From the sequence record NC_024124.2: DNA of 64,000 nt; one strand, written 5' to 3'. Position numbers and translations under genes: made by a program. Source of the DNA: Escherichia phage vB_EcoM_JS09. Position 1 is the first letter of the stretch. Each line of letters opens with the position of its first letter. The notes beneath the pieces are model-generated. The model did no database searches, was not told where the DNA came from, and worked only from the letters and a program-made list of their open reading frames with translations. Below, piece after piece: positions 61,898-64,000 of this stretch.

Positions 61898-63466
61898 TTA
61901 GATGCCTTTTACATATACACGGCGGAAGTAAGCGTTCTTACCAAGGCTGTTCAGGATAGACGGCATACCGGACTGGATGCGAGCACCTGGAGCCTGCAGG
62001 GAACTTTCAGCAAACGGGTTAACACCGATACCGTAACGAGTTTTAAAGCCCATTACCGGCTGGAAGTTCTTAGGATCGGAACCACGCAGTGGGGTAAGTG
62101 CAACGTAAGGAGCATAGTAAATACCTGCATCCATTTCGTTAGCGCCTTTGTAACCAACGGTGAAGTAATCCTGTTTAGCATACTGGTCGATGTATACGCG
62201 GTATTTACCACCAAGTACACCGGCAAATACGGACTTAGTAGTGTCGGTATTAAAACCAGAAGCCAGACCCTGTGCAGCATAAGAAATACCAGTATCAACT
62301 GAAGCCAGTACGTTAACTACGTTACGGGAAGCGATAATGAAGTTACCTTCACCACGACCGGTTTGACGAGCAATTTCAACTGCTTCTTTATCAATCTGGA
62401 ACAACAGAGATTTAAAGCTTTCACCGGCCCAACGAGCACCACGGATATCAATCGGGTCCTGGAAGTCAAATACACCAGCTTTAGAACCCGGAGTCAGGGT
62501 CATACCAGATTTACCAACCTGTGCTGAGTAGTTAATCCAATCAACAACTTCACGGTTGATTTCTAGCATAATTTCTGTAGCCAGAATACCGCTCAGTTCA
62601 GCATCAGCATCCATACCGTGTACTGCACGGAGGTCTTGTGCTAATTCGATAGAGTAAGCAGCTTTCAGCTGGCGAGATTTAGCTTCAATAACTTGTTTAT
62701 CGATACGGAAGCCCATTTCATTCCATGGGTTATCGGTAGAACCGTTGAAACCTTCCTGGAGTTCAGCGATAGAAGTAGCCATACCTTCAGCGATTTCTAC
62801 CAGTGCACCAGCTTCCATTTGTTTCTTAACTTCTGCATCTAATTTAGCTGCATCAGTTGCACCAGAATCAAGTGTTACGATAGCAGAAGCTTGCAGATAT
62901 ACAGTACCAGTTTCTTGGAAGAAGTGAGTATAGATATCACCTACAACAGTAGTAGTGTCAGCAGCCAGAGCTGGGAATTTCTTAGCAGCACCCTGACCAG
63001 AGAACATCGCGTCTGGGGCATACATCGGATGGAAAGCTTCTTTAGCGCCAGCAGCGATAGGGTCTTTACCATATACTGCACGGAGAGCAAATACCTGACC
63101 GGTCGGGCTGTTCATAGGCTGAACACCACAAATATCAAAAGCGATCAGATTAGGAATAGCACGACGAACCATACCCATAACTGCCGGCCCAATTTGGGTT
63201 ACTGCACCAGAGGTTTGACCTGCTGCGATGTTCTGAGCATTATAACCATGGTCACCACCAATTTCAGCTTCGGTCAAGAAAGAACCAAATGCCTGAGCGA
63301 TTTTCTCGTCTTTATATTCAGGGGATACTTCGAAATCTTTTTCCTGGTTTTCGAAGATTTTAGCGATAATAGCCTGCTTGCTATTAGCGATTTCCGGCAG
63401 GCCTTCACCTTCCAGCAGTTCTTTCCATTTGTCTACGAGCTGAGCTTTAGTTTTGATAGTAGTCAT
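61898..63466 (-). CDS. 23: gp23 major capsid protein
   Basis: 522-aa ORF essentially identical to recalled T4 gp23 (521 aa). Confidence 0.95.
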   Translation of the reverse strand: MTTIKTKAQLVDKWKELLEGEGLPEIANSKQAIIAKIFENQEKDFEVSPEYKDEKIAQAFGSFLTEAEIGGDHGYNAQNIAAGQTSGAVTQIGPAVMGMVRRAIPNLIAFDICGVQPMNSPTGQVFALRAVYGKDPIAAGAKEAFHPMYAPDAMFSGQGAAKKFPALAADTTTVVGDIYTHFFQETGTVYLQASAIVTLDSGATDAAKLDAEVKKQMEAGALVEIAEGMATSIAELQEGFNGSTDNPWNEMGFRIDKQVIEAKSRQLKAAYSIELAQDLRAVHGMDADAELSGILATEIMLEINREVVDWINYSAQVGKSGMTLTPGSKAGVFDFQDPIDIRGARWAGESFKSLLFQIDKEAVEIARQTGRGEGNFIIASRNVVNVLASVDTGISYAAQGLASGFNTDTTKSVFAGVLGGKYRVYIDQYAKQDYFTVGYKGANEMDAGIYYAPYVALTPLRGSDPKNFQPVMGFKTRYGIGVNPFAESSLQAPGARIQSGMPSILNSLGKNAYFRRVYVKGI

Positions 63467-63483
63467 TTGTGTTAACCTTTAAA

Positions 63484-64000
63484 TTAGAAACGAGATGCGA
63501 CTTTCGCATATAAACTTACATTAGAATTCTGTTCTACCTGAGTTGTGGTAGTGTCAACTGCTTCGGCAACAAAATTAAGACCGGCAGCGTCATTGTCAAC
63601 TGTATTTATACTTTCGGTAATAGCGGCTTCTTCTTTAGTAGAACCTTTAACCATTTCTACAATAGCAGTTAACTTAGTACCAAATGCGTCAGAATAATCC
63701 ATACCTTCAACCAGGCCAATAACTTTTTCTTTCTGAGATTCAGTCAGGTCTTTTACGCTTTCATTAATAGCGGTTTCACGCTGAACGTAATTGATATATG
63801 CATCACGTTTGGTAACTTCTTCGAACAAACGAGCGGTTTCTTCTTTATGTTCGGCCAGCTCTTCTTCCATTTCTGCTACAACATCTACAGATTCTTCTGG
63901 AACAACAACGTTATGTTCAACAAACAGTTCTTTCAGACCACCAAGCATGGATTCGAACAAATCAGCTTTAATGCCTTTATCAACTGCGATTTGGTTTTCT
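63484..64000 (-). CDS. 22: gp22 prohead core scaffold protein (C-terminal part; 5' end beyond window)
   Basis: C-terminal 158+ aa match recalled T4 gp22 (...YAKVASRF); the frame stays open to the window edge. Confidence 0.8.
   Translation of the reverse strand, partial: ENQIAVDKGIKADLFESMLGGLKELFVEHNVVVPEESVDVVAEMEEELAEHKEETARLFEEVTKRDAYINYVQRETAINESVKDLTESQKEKVIGLVEGMDYSDAFGTKLTAIVEMVKGSTKEEAAITESINTVDNDAAGLNFVAEAVDTTTTQVEQNSNVSLYAKVASRF
63603..63610 (-). promoter_or_regulatory. late promoter TATAAATA (gene 23), inside the 3' end of gene 22
   Basis: Plus strand TATTTATA about 140 nt upstream of the gene 23 start. Confidence 0.5.

Noticed and set aside
62891-63475. 194-aa plus-strand ORF antisense to the major capsid gene 23
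   Set aside because: The gene 23 frame on the minus strand is essentially identical to T4 gp23; the antisense ORF is a low-complexity shadow

Overview
This window is a contiguous segment of a T4-type (T-even, Tequatrovirus-like) myovirus genome, collinear with phage T4 from rIIA to gene 22 but in the opposite orientation to the usual T4 reference. All calls are by eye from the six-frame track and recalled T4 protein sequences and lengths; no database search was run. Gene order: rIIA, rIIB, a block of small early ORFs with ndd, topoisomerase II subunit 52, motA, asiA, holin t, the long tail fibre genes 38-37-36-35-34 (minus strand), rnh, dsbA, 33, 59, 32, frd, td, nrdA, nrdB, denA, rnlA, alc, a spanin pair, pseT, small ORFs, a DAHP synthase, cd, 31, rIII, a block of ten small/medium ORFs, DNA ligase 30, alt, baseplate and tail genes 54-48-29-28-27-51 (minus), 26, 25, uvsY, uvsW (minus), inh, hoc, a frameshifted rnlB, then head genes 24, 23 and the 3' part of 22 (minus). 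Regulation is classic T4: GTTTAC...TATAAT-type early promoters, MotA-box middle promoters, TATAAATA late promoters, UUCG-tetraloop hairpins and the gene 32 translational operator. Departures from T4 as I recall it: (1) a catalytically intact class-I DAHP synthase (shikimate pathway) next to cd, the strongest candidate for an unusual function; (2) a NADAR/YbiA-like gene beside a HAD-like hydrolase near alt; (3) a +1 frameshift splitting rnlB at its domain boundary; (4) no group I introns or homing endonuclease genes at the T4 sites; (5) dyad symmetry bracketing the -10 of many early promoters, in duplicated promoter cassettes. I see no tRNA, CRISPR array, integrase or transposase, and no obvious self-contained novel defence or anti-defence operon; most of the window is conserved T4 core.
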